A DNA stretch of 64,000 nucleotides from an uncultured virus (IMG/VR IMGVR_UViG_3300044859_000256) (Duplodnaviria > Heunggongvirae > Uroviricota > Caudoviricetes): the IMG/VR virus record IMGVR_UViG_3300044859_000256; one strand, 5' to 3'. Shown here piece after piece: positions 19,955 to 28,588 of the stretch. The translations under genes were made by a program, and so were the position numbers. Below the pieces are notes generated by a model. It was not told the DNA's origin. It did no database searches and saw nothing but the letters and a program-made list of their open reading frames with translations. Position 1 is the stretch's first letter. Every line of letters starts with the position of its first letter.

Positions 19955-21031
19955 TTAGGACGCAGTAGCAAGACCAATGGCGCACTCAGGACGCAGAACT
20001 CCGAAGCCAGCCATCATCTTCGAGACAACCAAGGTGCCCTGGTACTCGATCTTGCGCTCCATCTCAGTCGTGACATCGAACTTCTTGACGCAACCAATGG
20101 CATCAGCGTGTCCACAGATACCCCAGGCCAATGCCATGGAGTAGGTACCACCAGCAGTACCGCCGTAGCCAGTGCCGTTAGCACCGTACACATCGGTAAC
20201 AGCATTTGCGTTTGCGAACAAGGTGGTGTTGGCAATCAGCGACTCGCGTGGGAACAGGTTCGACTTGTACACCTTGAAACCAGCCACCTCAACGGTAGCA
20301 GCGGTACCCTTGGTGACATCACCAACTCCACTACCAAAGTCCTTACTGAACCGGAAGTTTGAGGCAAGAGTTGTTGGTGAAGCCAGGATTGCCTGATACT
20401 GTTCAGGACGAACAATGCAGAAGCGGCCTTCCATCGGCACATCCTTGTTATCAAGGGCCAGTTGAGCCTTGAAGAGCGTATCAACGATTTCAGTTCCCGA
20501 TGGGTTCGTTGCAGTTGCGCTAGTGATGACTTCCCCAGCCAATGCCGTACCGTTAGCAGAAGTAGCACCCGTAATAGCAACGGGAGTGTTTGCTGCTGAC
20601 CAGAAGGTGGACATTGCAAAGCGGTCATAGGCATACGCAAGCGCACGACCAAGTTCCGTTGCAATCGGTGAACGAACATCCCAATGGTTGATCAGTTCAT
20701 CAACATCATTGATGAGCGTGTTCGCGGTCAACATATTGTCGAGCGTAAGGATGCGCTCGGCGTACTTGAAGTTCGTCAGGTAACCCGAAGCAGCTTCAAG
20801 AATGTTGTCGCCTGGGGTATGCCACTTCGCAGTAGCAGCACCGTACAGTGGGAAGGATGCAGACTTGCCGGTAGCAATGCTGCGGGTACGAACGAGATCC
20901 TTCATCACACACTTGGTCTCGTATTGGGAGATGATTTCTCCCGAAAACACTTTAAGGAAAAGTTCGCGCTTATCAGCACTTGAGTTGTTGGAACCAAGAC
21001 GGTTCCCTGTAAAGTTAAATTCGCCAGTCAT
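19955..21031 (-). CDS. Major capsid protein (gp10-like)
   Basis: LFLKVFSGEI, RSIATGKSASFP, ELGRALA, GFGVLRPECA. Confidence 0.96.
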   Translation of the reverse strand: MTGEFNFTGNRLGSNNSSADKRELFLKVFSGEIISQYETKCVMKDLVRTRSIATGKSASFPLYGAATAKWHTPGDNILEAASGYLTNFKYAERILTLDNMLTANTLINDVDELINHWDVRSPIATELGRALAYAYDRFAMSTFWSAANTPVAITGATSANGTALAGEVITSATATNPSGTEIVDTLFKAQLALDNKDVPMEGRFCIVRPEQYQAILASPTTLASNFRFSKDFGSGVGDVTKGTAATVEVAGFKVYKSNLFPRESLIANTTLFANANAVTDVYGANGTGYGGTAGGTYSMALAWGICGHADAIGCVKKFDVTTEMERKIEYQGTLVVSKMMAGFGVLRPECAIGLATAS

Positions 21032-21085
21032 AATAGTTTTTCTTTCTCAAAACATGACAAAGCAGGATTGTTGGTAGTCCTTTGA

Positions 21086-21373
21086 TTACGGTGCAACACC
21101 TGAGCTGGTACCCAACGCATTGGGCAGCCCCGTGTCTGCATCATCTTCTGGGAGTGTGGCCACCCAGGCTCCTGCTGGAAGCCTGACGCGACCATTTGAT
21201 TTCACCTTAGTTCCATCCTTCAGCACCACATACACACGGGCATCGACTGACTCTGCAAGTTGAACCGGGGTACCCTCAGGTACCAGGATCACGTTGCTTG
21301 AGCAGCCAAGCACGAATATGAGCCCGAAAGTGGCGACGTTTGTCACCAGCACCCGGGTCAGCGTCTTGGGCAT
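21086..21373 (-). CDS. Lipoprotein (possible o-spanin)
   Basis: Signal peptide with lipobox VLGC; start lies inside the upstream small ORF. Confidence 0.6.
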   Translation of the reverse strand: MPKTLTRVLVTNVATFGLIFVLGCSSNVILVPEGTPVQLAESVDARVYVVLKDGTKVKSNGRVRLPAGAWVATLPEDDADTGLPNALGTSSGVAP

Positions 21374-21446
21374 AGGTTGGTTCTTTGGCTAATTTGGTGA
21401 AGTAATTGAGTAGTGCCTCAAGGAGTGGTTTGAGCCACCCCCACAT
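21276..21446 (-). CDS. 56-aa protein MWGWLKPLLEALL... (not in ORF track)
   Basis: Manual translation; TAATG coupling to upstream holin-like gene. Confidence 0.55.
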   Translation of the reverse strand: MWGWLKPLLEALLNYFTKLAKEPTYAQDADPGAGDKRRHFRAHIRAWLLKQRDPGT

Positions 21447-21628
21447 TAGGCAACCTTCTTCGAGGCATCCTTTGCGAGGATCAGTCCAACACCGGCGGTG
21501 ATAGCGGCGATTGTTGCCCCGATATCCATGGCAGTCGTTGGGTCACCATCGAAGAATGAAGTGAGTGCGGATCCGATGGCAACAACGATTGCAGCGATGC
21601 CGCAAACAGTAGTGTTTCGATTTGACAT
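21446..21628 (-). CDS. Holin-like two-helix membrane protein
   Basis: 60 aa, two hydrophobic segments, basic tail AKDASKK. Confidence 0.6.
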   Translation of the reverse strand: MSNRNTTVCGIAAIVVAIGSALTSFFDGDPTTAMDIGATIAAITAGVGLILAKDASKKVA

Positions 21629-21630
21629 AT

Positions 21631-22434
21631 TTATCCTTGTTGGAAGTTGGAAGCACCCATACGCAAGGACACCTCGCGCCGGAATGCTGGATCAGTTTGA
21701 TAGCGGGGATCAGTCATAGCAGTAACCATCTCATGCTTCGAGCGGAACCCAATCTGAGTACCCGTTGCTTTCCCATCGACCCGCGCAGGGCTCCGGTTCT
21801 GAGCATCGAATTGTGCCTTGAGGGTCTTGATGGCAAACGAGGCAGACTTCATGTTGCCTGAGCCCATGATCACATTGAACGCCTCTTGGTCATCTGCTGA
21901 CAGGTTCTTCCCTGCCCAATCGATGACCTCGTTGAAGCCTTCACGGCCACCTACGACTGCATAGACACCTTCGGCTTGCTTATCAGCGACTGCCTTCTGA
22001 CCTTCGATATAGGCATCTACAACACCCTTACCGAGACCAAGGGACTGAAGCTTGGCATAGGAGTCCTCGGACAGGTTGCCCTGGTTACGGAACTCCGATA
22101 CGAAGCCATCGAGTGCCTCGGTACCAATGACCTTGGCAGCAGATGCTTCATCAGCAACTGGCTCAGTCTTTGGATCCTTGGCACCCAACTTCGCCTGTAG
22201 TTCAAGGTAAGCCTTCTCTAACTCAGCGGCATCTTTGAACTTCCCGGCAAGAGGGGCGGGTGCTTCAGCGGACGCAGGGGATCCCGAAGGAGACTCCGCT
22301 ACCTGCCCAAAGTCACCCGCTGGCACATTGGCCTCTGCCTCTGCACGGGCGGTCTCATCAAACCGTGCAGCGTAAGCCGCATCGTTGGGACCTTGTGATG
22401 GATTAATCTCGAATACTGGTGTCGCCTCAGCCAT
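21631..22434 (-). CDS. Capsid scaffolding protein (gp9-like)
   Basis: AGKFK..ELEKAYLELQ, LSEDSY, VGGREGF..WA, DPRYQTDPAFR. Confidence 0.92.
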   Translation of the reverse strand: MAEATPVFEINPSQGPNDAAYAARFDETARAEAEANVPAGDFGQVAESPSGSPASAEAPAPLAGKFKDAAELEKAYLELQAKLGAKDPKTEPVADEASAAKVIGTEALDGFVSEFRNQGNLSEDSYAKLQSLGLGKGVVDAYIEGQKAVADKQAEGVYAVVGGREGFNEVIDWAGKNLSADDQEAFNVIMGSGNMKSASFAIKTLKAQFDAQNRSPARVDGKATGTQIGFRSKHEMVTAMTDPRYQTDPAFRREVSLRMGASNFQQG

Positions 22435-23992
22435 TTTGTGTCATTGCTCCTGGTTGCATCTGTTGTCCCTGTTGCATCTGTGCTTGCATCAACTTCGCAC
22501 CACCTTGTACAACACTGGGACCGAGTTTCTCAATACTTGCTTGTTGCTGTGCCTGTTCGGTTTCCTGTTGGATCTGCTCTTGGCTCTTAACGAGTCCATT
22601 GAGGTCGAGTCCAAGTGCACTTGCTCTCTTCGTGAGATACCCCTGCACATTGAGGTATTGAGCGAGTGCCTGTGGTCCAAGGCTGTCCTTGACACCCACA
22701 ACAAACGCATCGAGTTTCTGTAGATCCTGTCCACGACCAAGGGCATCAAGGCCGGTGACGATGACGGGACGCACCATGCCCTTAGGCATCTTGCGGAGTT
22801 TCTTCTTACGCAGCATCTGACCCATGACAATGAGGACGAGGGGCTGCGACAGTTCTTCGCTGAGGGTTGCGAACACACCACCCAAGGATGACTCCAGCTC
22901 TGAGATCATTGCGCGGACTTCAGTAGCAGTCACACGCTCTCCCCCACGCTGTACCGCAGTGTTCAGTAGGAACGCATATCCGAGGCGATCCTTAATCCCA
23001 TCCATAGTGTCAAGGGCAACCCGGAAGTCCTGGTACTTCTCGACCTGAAGAACACTCACATCGTCTGCAATGCCCTCACGGATAGCACCGTTAGGAGCAT
23101 CCTGTAGGGTTCGAGCCTGTGTGAGACCATTGGGGTTCACAAGGAACAGCATTCGTGATGCTGCCATGGAAGCCTCAACGATGCTGCGGGTCAGACCTTC
23201 AAGGCTGATCAGGTCACCGAGGTACTCCTCAACGAGACCGCGACCATAGTCCTCGTCCGATACACGGTTCCACCTGAGGACAACATAGGGCAGATCTTCA
23301 GCAGCGTAGGTAGAGCGCGAGTCTGCTACCTCGATACCGGCTACCTCTTGCCAGACATCAAACTTGCCTGATTCATTACGGCAAGCAATGGTGTAGACAT
23401 CGACTTCACGGGCGACATCACCTGATTCCATGTAGACAGCAGCACGGATCTCAGGGGATAGTACGGAGAGATCAGACACTTCTTTCGTGACGATGTGGAT
23501 GATGTTGTCTGAGGGATCCCGTTCAACGACATAACTCTCAAGCCCACGGAACCGCCACTTACCCTTAGGGGTCAGTTCGATCAAACCGTTGCCTGAGATC
23601 AGGAGGTGGCGCATGGCCTCATACATGATGGGTCGAGTCTGCATTGACTCGATTTCATCCATGATCTCCTTCTCCATCTCGCTGAAGGCATAGTCAAGTT
23701 CACCCAGGAGATCAGCGGACTCAGCAGCCCGGAGGGTTTCCCGGTTGATGGTGAAGCGGAAGAAGGGGGTATTCGGGGGGAGCAGCGAGAGCAGCAGTTT
23801 GGCTGCTAGGTTGTTGACCCCTCGGGCTCCAAGGCTGTTGTAGGGGGTAGGGAGTGCCGAGGCAGATCCTGTACCGGCGGCTGGATACATATATGGCAGC
23901 GTCAGTTCAGAGCACTTACGCGCCCGAAGGACATAGGAGGAACGCTCCCCATCCAAACGGTTCCACTTCTCCTTAGCCGAGTAGTCCATCAT
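22427..23992 (-). CDS. Portal / head-tail connector (gp8-like)
   Basis: GARGVNNLAAKL, FFRF, YGRGLVEEYLGDL, ERVTATEVR, LDALGRGQD. Confidence 0.97.
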   Translation of the reverse strand: MMDYSAKEKWNRLDGERSSYVLRARKCSELTLPYMYPAAGTGSASALPTPYNSLGARGVNNLAAKLLLSLLPPNTPFFRFTINRETLRAAESADLLGELDYAFSEMEKEIMDEIESMQTRPIMYEAMRHLLISGNGLIELTPKGKWRFRGLESYVVERDPSDNIIHIVTKEVSDLSVLSPEIRAAVYMESGDVAREVDVYTIACRNESGKFDVWQEVAGIEVADSRSTYAAEDLPYVVLRWNRVSDEDYGRGLVEEYLGDLISLEGLTRSIVEASMAASRMLFLVNPNGLTQARTLQDAPNGAIREGIADDVSVLQVEKYQDFRVALDTMDGIKDRLGYAFLLNTAVQRGGERVTATEVRAMISELESSLGGVFATLSEELSQPLVLIVMGQMLRKKKLRKMPKGMVRPVIVTGLDALGRGQDLQKLDAFVVGVKDSLGPQALAQYLNVQGYLTKRASALGLDLNGLVKSQEQIQQETEQAQQQASIEKLGPSVVQGGAKLMQAQMQQGQQMQPGAMTQNG

Positions 23993-24193
23993 TTAGTAAG
24001 CCCCAGGGATGTTGGCACCGGATCCACTGTTCACCGACGGGCTCAAGGGGATCGTCAGGAGATCCAACCCGAAACCACCGGGCTTGCGCTTTGCCATGGT
24101 TGCTGCCGTAGCCTTGAAGGATTCAGCCATCTTGACGGGTGGCGGTGGCGGTGGTGGTGATGGTCTTGGCTTCGGGATCGAGGGCATACACAT
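23993..24193 (-). CDS. Small virion protein preceding portal
   Basis: MCMPS..Pro-rich..LTIPL; synteny with T7 gp6.7/7.3-like genes. Confidence 0.65.
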   Translation of the reverse strand: MCMPSIPKPRPSPPPPPPPVKMAESFKATAATMAKRKPGGFGLDLLTIPLSPSVNSGSGANIPGAY

Positions 24194-24195
24194 GG

Positions 24196-24372
24196 TTATT
24201 TTTCCTGTTGTTCTTTGAGCTTTAGTTCGAGGAATTGGATCACTGACCAACTCCCAAGGCGATGCCAGATAGCGCGGTCTTGATCATCCAACCGAGGGAT
24301 GGGTAGAGGGAACCGCGCCTTCAAGGCAACGATCAATTGGGGATTGATTAGCGGGATTTCAGTATCCTTCAT
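24196..24372 (-). CDS. gp6.5-like small protein
   Basis: P.I...LI..LKARFP...G..SVIQFL; homologue at 44603-44794. Confidence 0.6.
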   Translation of the reverse strand: MKDTEIPLINPQLIVALKARFPLPIPRLDDQDRAIWHRLGSWSVIQFLELKLKEQQEK

Positions 24373-24770
24373 TCCATAGGTACCAATCCAGGCAGGATGA
24401 CCTCGCCGGTGTCGTTCAATTCCATGGGCAAAGTGTTCTCCCGGATCCGGTTGAGAGTCCATTGGTAAGCCGCAAGGTTCCAACGGGCAGCCTGTAGATG
24501 GGGCTCATCCCGGTGACCAATCATGTACTTGGTCAGATGCCGTAGGCCTGAGTCGAGGTAGCGCGATAGGGGCTGCCCCTTCTCCCAGTTGCGATCCCCA
24601 TACTTCTTCGCACCCAACTCCATGTACCGGGCATCTGCTTCGATGATCTCCCAAGGAAGTAGATCGAACCTGCCCTTTCCCTCCCGTGTATCCCGGCGGC
24701 TACCTGTGTTCCACTCCTGCCGCTTACCACTGTCCTTCAGGCTGATCCCTGCGATTTGATGATCACTCAT
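24369..24770 (-). CDS. dATP/dGTP diphosphohydrolase-like (DUF5664-type)
   Basis: GKGRFDLLP, GAKKYGDRNWEKG, RHL, EPHL.AA.WN. Confidence 0.8.
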   Translation of the reverse strand: MSDHQIAGISLKDSGKRQEWNTGSRRDTREGKGRFDLLPWEIIEADARYMELGAKKYGDRNWEKGQPLSRYLDSGLRHLTKYMIGHRDEPHLQAARWNLAAYQWTLNRIRENTLPMELNDTGEVILPGLVPME

Positions 24771-25012
24771 TCGACCACCGAGTGCTTTCCGTAGTGGACA
24801 ATCTTGGGTGCCTTAGGCTCAACACGGATGTCATCACCACACCCAAGGTTCACCAAGCGAACCTCAAGCTCACGGATCCGAGCGAACTGCTTCTTCTCTT
24901 TCTCCATGTAGTAGTCGAGTTCAGCCAGGGTGTCGGACAGTAGGTTGTCTGAGATAATCCCGTACTTGCGGCTTGCCTCTAAACGCTCTATCAATGTTTG
25001 CTTCTTTGCCAT
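24767..25012 (-). CDS. Hypothetical protein
   Basis: 81 aa, overlap-coupled to neighbour. Confidence 0.6.
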   Translation of the reverse strand: MAKKQTLIERLEASRKYGIISDNLLSDTLAELDYYMEKEKKQFARIRELEVRLVNLGCGDDIRVEPKAPKIVHYGKHSVVE

Positions 25013-25114
25013 TGCAGATCCTTTTAGTAATCGGGTGAACCGTCGATGATGAAGAACAAGAGAGCACTACAGGCCGCTAAGATCACGGTGATGCATCCAA
25101 AGGCAAGGACAAAG

Positions 25115-25849
25115 TCAAGCATGGCTTGGCTCCCATAGGCGGACGCGACCCGTCTTCTTGACATAGTCACCCTTGCGAAGGATGTAAGCACACCGGGCTT
25201 GTGTGATGGCTACTGATGCTGAGAGCCCTGCTTTCGCATAGGTCTCCACGACACCTGCCCAGCCACCCTCATCAACGATCTTCTCTGCCCGCACTGGACC
25301 AATGCCTGGGCACCCTGGGTACCCATCGACTCTGTCGCCGGTGAGCGTTTGGATCAGATGGGTTCTGTTGGCATCAGCAGGGGTAACTGTGATCACACCG
25401 GCATCAGGGTTGTTGGGGTTGAACCAACGACCGGGGATGGTCTTCATGTCCTTATCAGCGGAGACAATGATGGACTTGGTCTTGCCTGTGGCGTAGATGC
25501 CCATGACATCATCAGCCTCAAGGTTCTTCCAGGTCTGGCACGGCCAACACTCATTGATGTAAGCGCGAAGCTCCACGAAGCAGATGGGCTTACGGGTTGC
25601 CTTACGATTTGATTTGTACTCCGGGTACACACCCTTTCGGAAGTTCATGGCATCCGTAAAGCACACGGTGTAGGAGTCGCCCCCAAGTTTCTCAACGAAC
25701 TCCACGATGTCTACATCAACCCGACTCTTAGCCTCAGCGAAGTCTGAGTGGAGCGTGAAGAAGTCATCACCCCAGTTGATCACCTTCTCTACCGAGGCGG
25801 CTGCTGTGTATGCGAGGATGTCACCATCGATAACAATATGTGTCTTCAT
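25115..25849 (-). CDS. 5'-3' exonuclease (gp6-like)
   Basis: IDGDILAY, YKSNRK, LEADDVMG, DKDM, GDRVDGYPGCPGIG. Confidence 0.95.
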   Translation of the reverse strand: MKTHIVIDGDILAYTAAASVEKVINWGDDFFTLHSDFAEAKSRVDVDIVEFVEKLGGDSYTVCFTDAMNFRKGVYPEYKSNRKATRKPICFVELRAYINECWPCQTWKNLEADDVMGIYATGKTKSIIVSADKDMKTIPGRWFNPNNPDAGVITVTPADANRTHLIQTLTGDRVDGYPGCPGIGPVRAEKIVDEGGWAGVVETYAKAGLSASVAITQARCAYILRKGDYVKKTGRVRLWEPSHA

Positions 25850-26076
25850 TGCTCGTCCCTACCATCTCGCTCTTCAGCATTCGTAATCATGTTCCGCACT
25901 CGCATTGAGAGCATCTCAGTCATCCCAAGCATCTCGGGAGCACTCCCGTTGGTTTCCATAACGATTGCATAGGTGGTCTTGGATCTGTTCTGGTACCCAA
26001 AGAACACGAAGCAATCCATGCGCTTATCGATCTCTTCGAGTAGTTCTGTGGTGCTTGCAAGTTCAAGGTCTTTCAT
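25846..26076 (-). CDS. Hypothetical protein
   Basis: 76 aa with ATGA overlaps on both sides. Confidence 0.65.
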   Translation of the reverse strand: MKDLELASTTELLEEIDKRMDCFVFFGYQNRSKTTYAIVMETNGSAPEMLGMTEMLSMRVRNMITNAEERDGRDEQ

Positions 26077-26458
26077 ACAGATTCCTTTCCGTAATCAATT
26101 CGCTTCAGTGACTTGATGCGCTGTATCAGTTGCTTCCGTTGCTCTGACCCTGGAGGCCAAGTGCGGATCTGTGTCATCAAGGATGCTTGTGTTCGCTTCT
26201 CGATGAGGTAAGGGGAGACCATCAGGGCAGCATTGATTGCGTTGTCTCCATCAACGACCCACTCCCAGGCTGTACGGGCGTTGGGGTTGGTGGTGGACTT
26301 GCGGCGGATGCTTCCGCCCCATTCCTTCTTGAGCGCAGCGAGTACCCCTGGAAATGTGTTCGAGACACATAAGCGCGCATTGCCCTTGCGGTAGAGCGCA
26401 AAGGATCCTTCACCATCGATATAGCCAGCCAGATAAGCAATCCAGTTGCTCCTTTCAA
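26073..26458 (-). CDS. Single-motif LAGLIDADG homing endonuclease (start uncertain)
   Basis: IAYLAGYIDGEGSF motif; later PYLIEKRTQA typical of the family. Confidence 0.8.
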
Positions 26459-28236
26459 TGAGTCTCGGCCCATGTAGCCCCGGTACGGAACTCACCATCA
26501 AGGGCACACCGGAAGCCAAGGGTTTCCCCTGCTGACTTGATGCAACCAACGGCATTGGTGCCAATGTGATCTTCGAGACCCCGACGGCATTCGATTTGGA
26601 ACTCATCATGGATCCATCCGATGACTGCATAGTCTTTCCCCCATTCGAGATTTGCCCAGGACATATTCTGAACGAAGTGCAAGAGTGCTTGCTTCATAAT
26701 GACTGCACCGGCAGACTGAAGCAGTGTGTTCAATGCTGCGTGTTCTGAGCGGATAGGTAGATGTCTGCCATCGAGACCAATCAGGTACCCACGCTTCGAT
26801 GCTGCTGATACGCAGTCTTTGAGAACCTTGTAGGCACCCACCTTCTTCTCGAAGGAACCCCGGAGCCGCTTGCCTTCCTTCACGCCACCACCAACAGTCA
26901 TACCTAACTTGAGATCACCGGCTCCGTAGATCATGGCATAGATCAGAGTCTTGGCGATGTTCCGCTTCTCTTCAAGATCTGCATTGTGCTTGTCCCGCTT
27001 CGTCCCTGGTGCAACGATGCCGAATGCAATCGCGTTTGTCCAATGGATGTCACCATTGAGTACAGCCTTGCAGTAGAGACCATCGTCATAGGCATGGAGG
27101 AAGTGGGATAGGCACCGTAGTTCAAGTCCCGAGGCATCAGCACCAACGAGCACCCAGTTAGGACGGGGACCAAAGAGGCTGCGGCACTCCTTGCCATAGG
27201 GTGACCTTGAGGCAGGAACCTGCGCCATGTTGGGCTTACTGTGGGTTGCTCTGCCGGTGACTGCACCATTGGTATTGATGCGGCCATGGATGACTCCATT
27301 GCGGGACAACTTCACCCATGCTTCCTCACCCTCACCGATCTGCCCAAGACGCTTCACGATCAGTAGGTACTCACATAGAAGTTTGGCTTCCGGATAAGGG
27401 AGCTTTGAGAGCACAGCCTCGTCGATCTTTGGTTGCCCTGAAGGAGTCACCTCCTCCGCTTGCCACCCGTAGAGTTCATTAAGACCTCTCGCAATGTCCA
27501 TACGAGACCCTGGGTTGAATACAGCGGTCTTCACCTTGGTCTTCATCTGAATCATCTTGGCAGGGAACACCTTCACCAACTGTTCCTTGAGATCCACCCG
27601 CTTGATCAGTAGTTGCGCGGTGAGCCTGTCAGCACCAGGGCGATCAAAGTGCCACCCTGCCCGCTCAATGCGTTGGCAGATCCGAGCCACCCCTAGTTCC
27701 AACTCAACGGCCTTCGGTGCAGGACCCTGTGCAATCAGGTGCTGATAGAGAGCAAGGGTGACCTTGGTATCTACTTCGCAGTAGTCCTGCATCTCCTGAG
27801 TCCATGCTGACCAATCAGCGTTCTCGCCGTAGGTGTCCTTGAGGAGCCCAAGACGCTGCCCCCATGCCTTGAGGCTGTGGCTACCAATCAGTTCCTTGTT
27901 GAATCCAACACGCTTCCAATCATCATTGCGGAGGTCTGGGTAGACCAAGCGAGAGAGTGTCAGGGTGTCAAGGATCTTCTTGGTTGGAATGAATCCAAGG
28001 AGTTGTTGAAGGATCGGTAGATCGAAAGCAATGATGTTCTGACCAATGATGCAAGAGGCTTCTTGGAGAACCTTGATGGAAGCACCATGACCTGAAGCAA
28101 GACTCGTAGATGTAAGGATGGCTCCGGTGTTCGCATCACGGGTGACGATGCACCAGATCCTTGTGGAGGCATCGAGTGAATCGGTCTCGATATCGAAGAC
28201 CACAGAAGTGTCCAAAGTATTTGGACTATTGCTCAT
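26455..28236 (-). CDS. Family A DNA polymerase with 3'-5' exonuclease (gp5-like)
   Basis: FDIETD, HSLKAWG, TGRATHSKPN, DASGLELR, AKTLIYAMIYG, IHDE. Confidence 0.97.
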   Translation of the reverse strand: MSNSPNTLDTSVVFDIETDSLDASTRIWCIVTRDANTGAILTSTSLASGHGASIKVLQEASCIIGQNIIAFDLPILQQLLGFIPTKKILDTLTLSRLVYPDLRNDDWKRVGFNKELIGSHSLKAWGQRLGLLKDTYGENADWSAWTQEMQDYCEVDTKVTLALYQHLIAQGPAPKAVELELGVARICQRIERAGWHFDRPGADRLTAQLLIKRVDLKEQLVKVFPAKMIQMKTKVKTAVFNPGSRMDIARGLNELYGWQAEEVTPSGQPKIDEAVLSKLPYPEAKLLCEYLLIVKRLGQIGEGEEAWVKLSRNGVIHGRINTNGAVTGRATHSKPNMAQVPASRSPYGKECRSLFGPRPNWVLVGADASGLELRCLSHFLHAYDDGLYCKAVLNGDIHWTNAIAFGIVAPGTKRDKHNADLEEKRNIAKTLIYAMIYGAGDLKLGMTVGGGVKEGKRLRGSFEKKVGAYKVLKDCVSAASKRGYLIGLDGRHLPIRSEHAALNTLLQSAGAVIMKQALLHFVQNMSWANLEWGKDYAVIGWIHDEFQIECRRGLEDHIGTNAVGCIKSAGETLGFRCALDGEFRTGATWAETH

Positions 28237-28529
28237 GGTTCTTGCTCACTCCCGATCCAGAGCCGAAGGTCTGCTGCTGTACCACGGTGGAGAATCCCTG
28301 GTGTCCCTGCTCCCATACCAGCACCTTCAATGTTGAAGCTGACCCACTCTGCTGCTTCCTCATCAGTCATGCCCTGCTTGACGAATACGCTGCACAACCT
28401 TGGGTAGCTGTAGATCACCACGGGTGGATAGCCACATCGATCAATGAAGCCGATGACGGCCTTGTCTGCTCCGTCAATCCACAAGGTCTCAGCACTTTCC
28501 TTCTTTGCGGATTTATCCATGTTGGTCAA
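28233..28529 (-). CDS. Hypothetical phage protein
   Basis: DGADKAVIG..GMTDEEAAEWVSFNIEGA; coupled to pol. Confidence 0.7.
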   Translation of the reverse strand: MTNMDKSAKKESAETLWIDGADKAVIGFIDRCGYPPVVIYSYPRLCSVFVKQGMTDEEAAEWVSFNIEGAGMGAGTPGILHRGTAADLRLWIGSEQEP

Positions 28530-28532
28530 CTA

Positions 28533-28560
28533 ATTATAAGTGACGCTTTCGCCAAGGCAA
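28533..28560 (-). promoter_or_regulatory. Sigma70-like promoter
   Basis: TTGCCT-16-TATAAT in intergenic gap. Confidence 0.55.
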
Positions 28561-28588
28561 TAGTGCATTGCCGTGGATTTCCACGGAA

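Noticed and set aside
24369..28236. Z-base (2-aminoadenine) genome system
   Set aside because: No PurZ or HD-domain dATPase recognised; the polymerase looks like an ordinary T7-type enzyme
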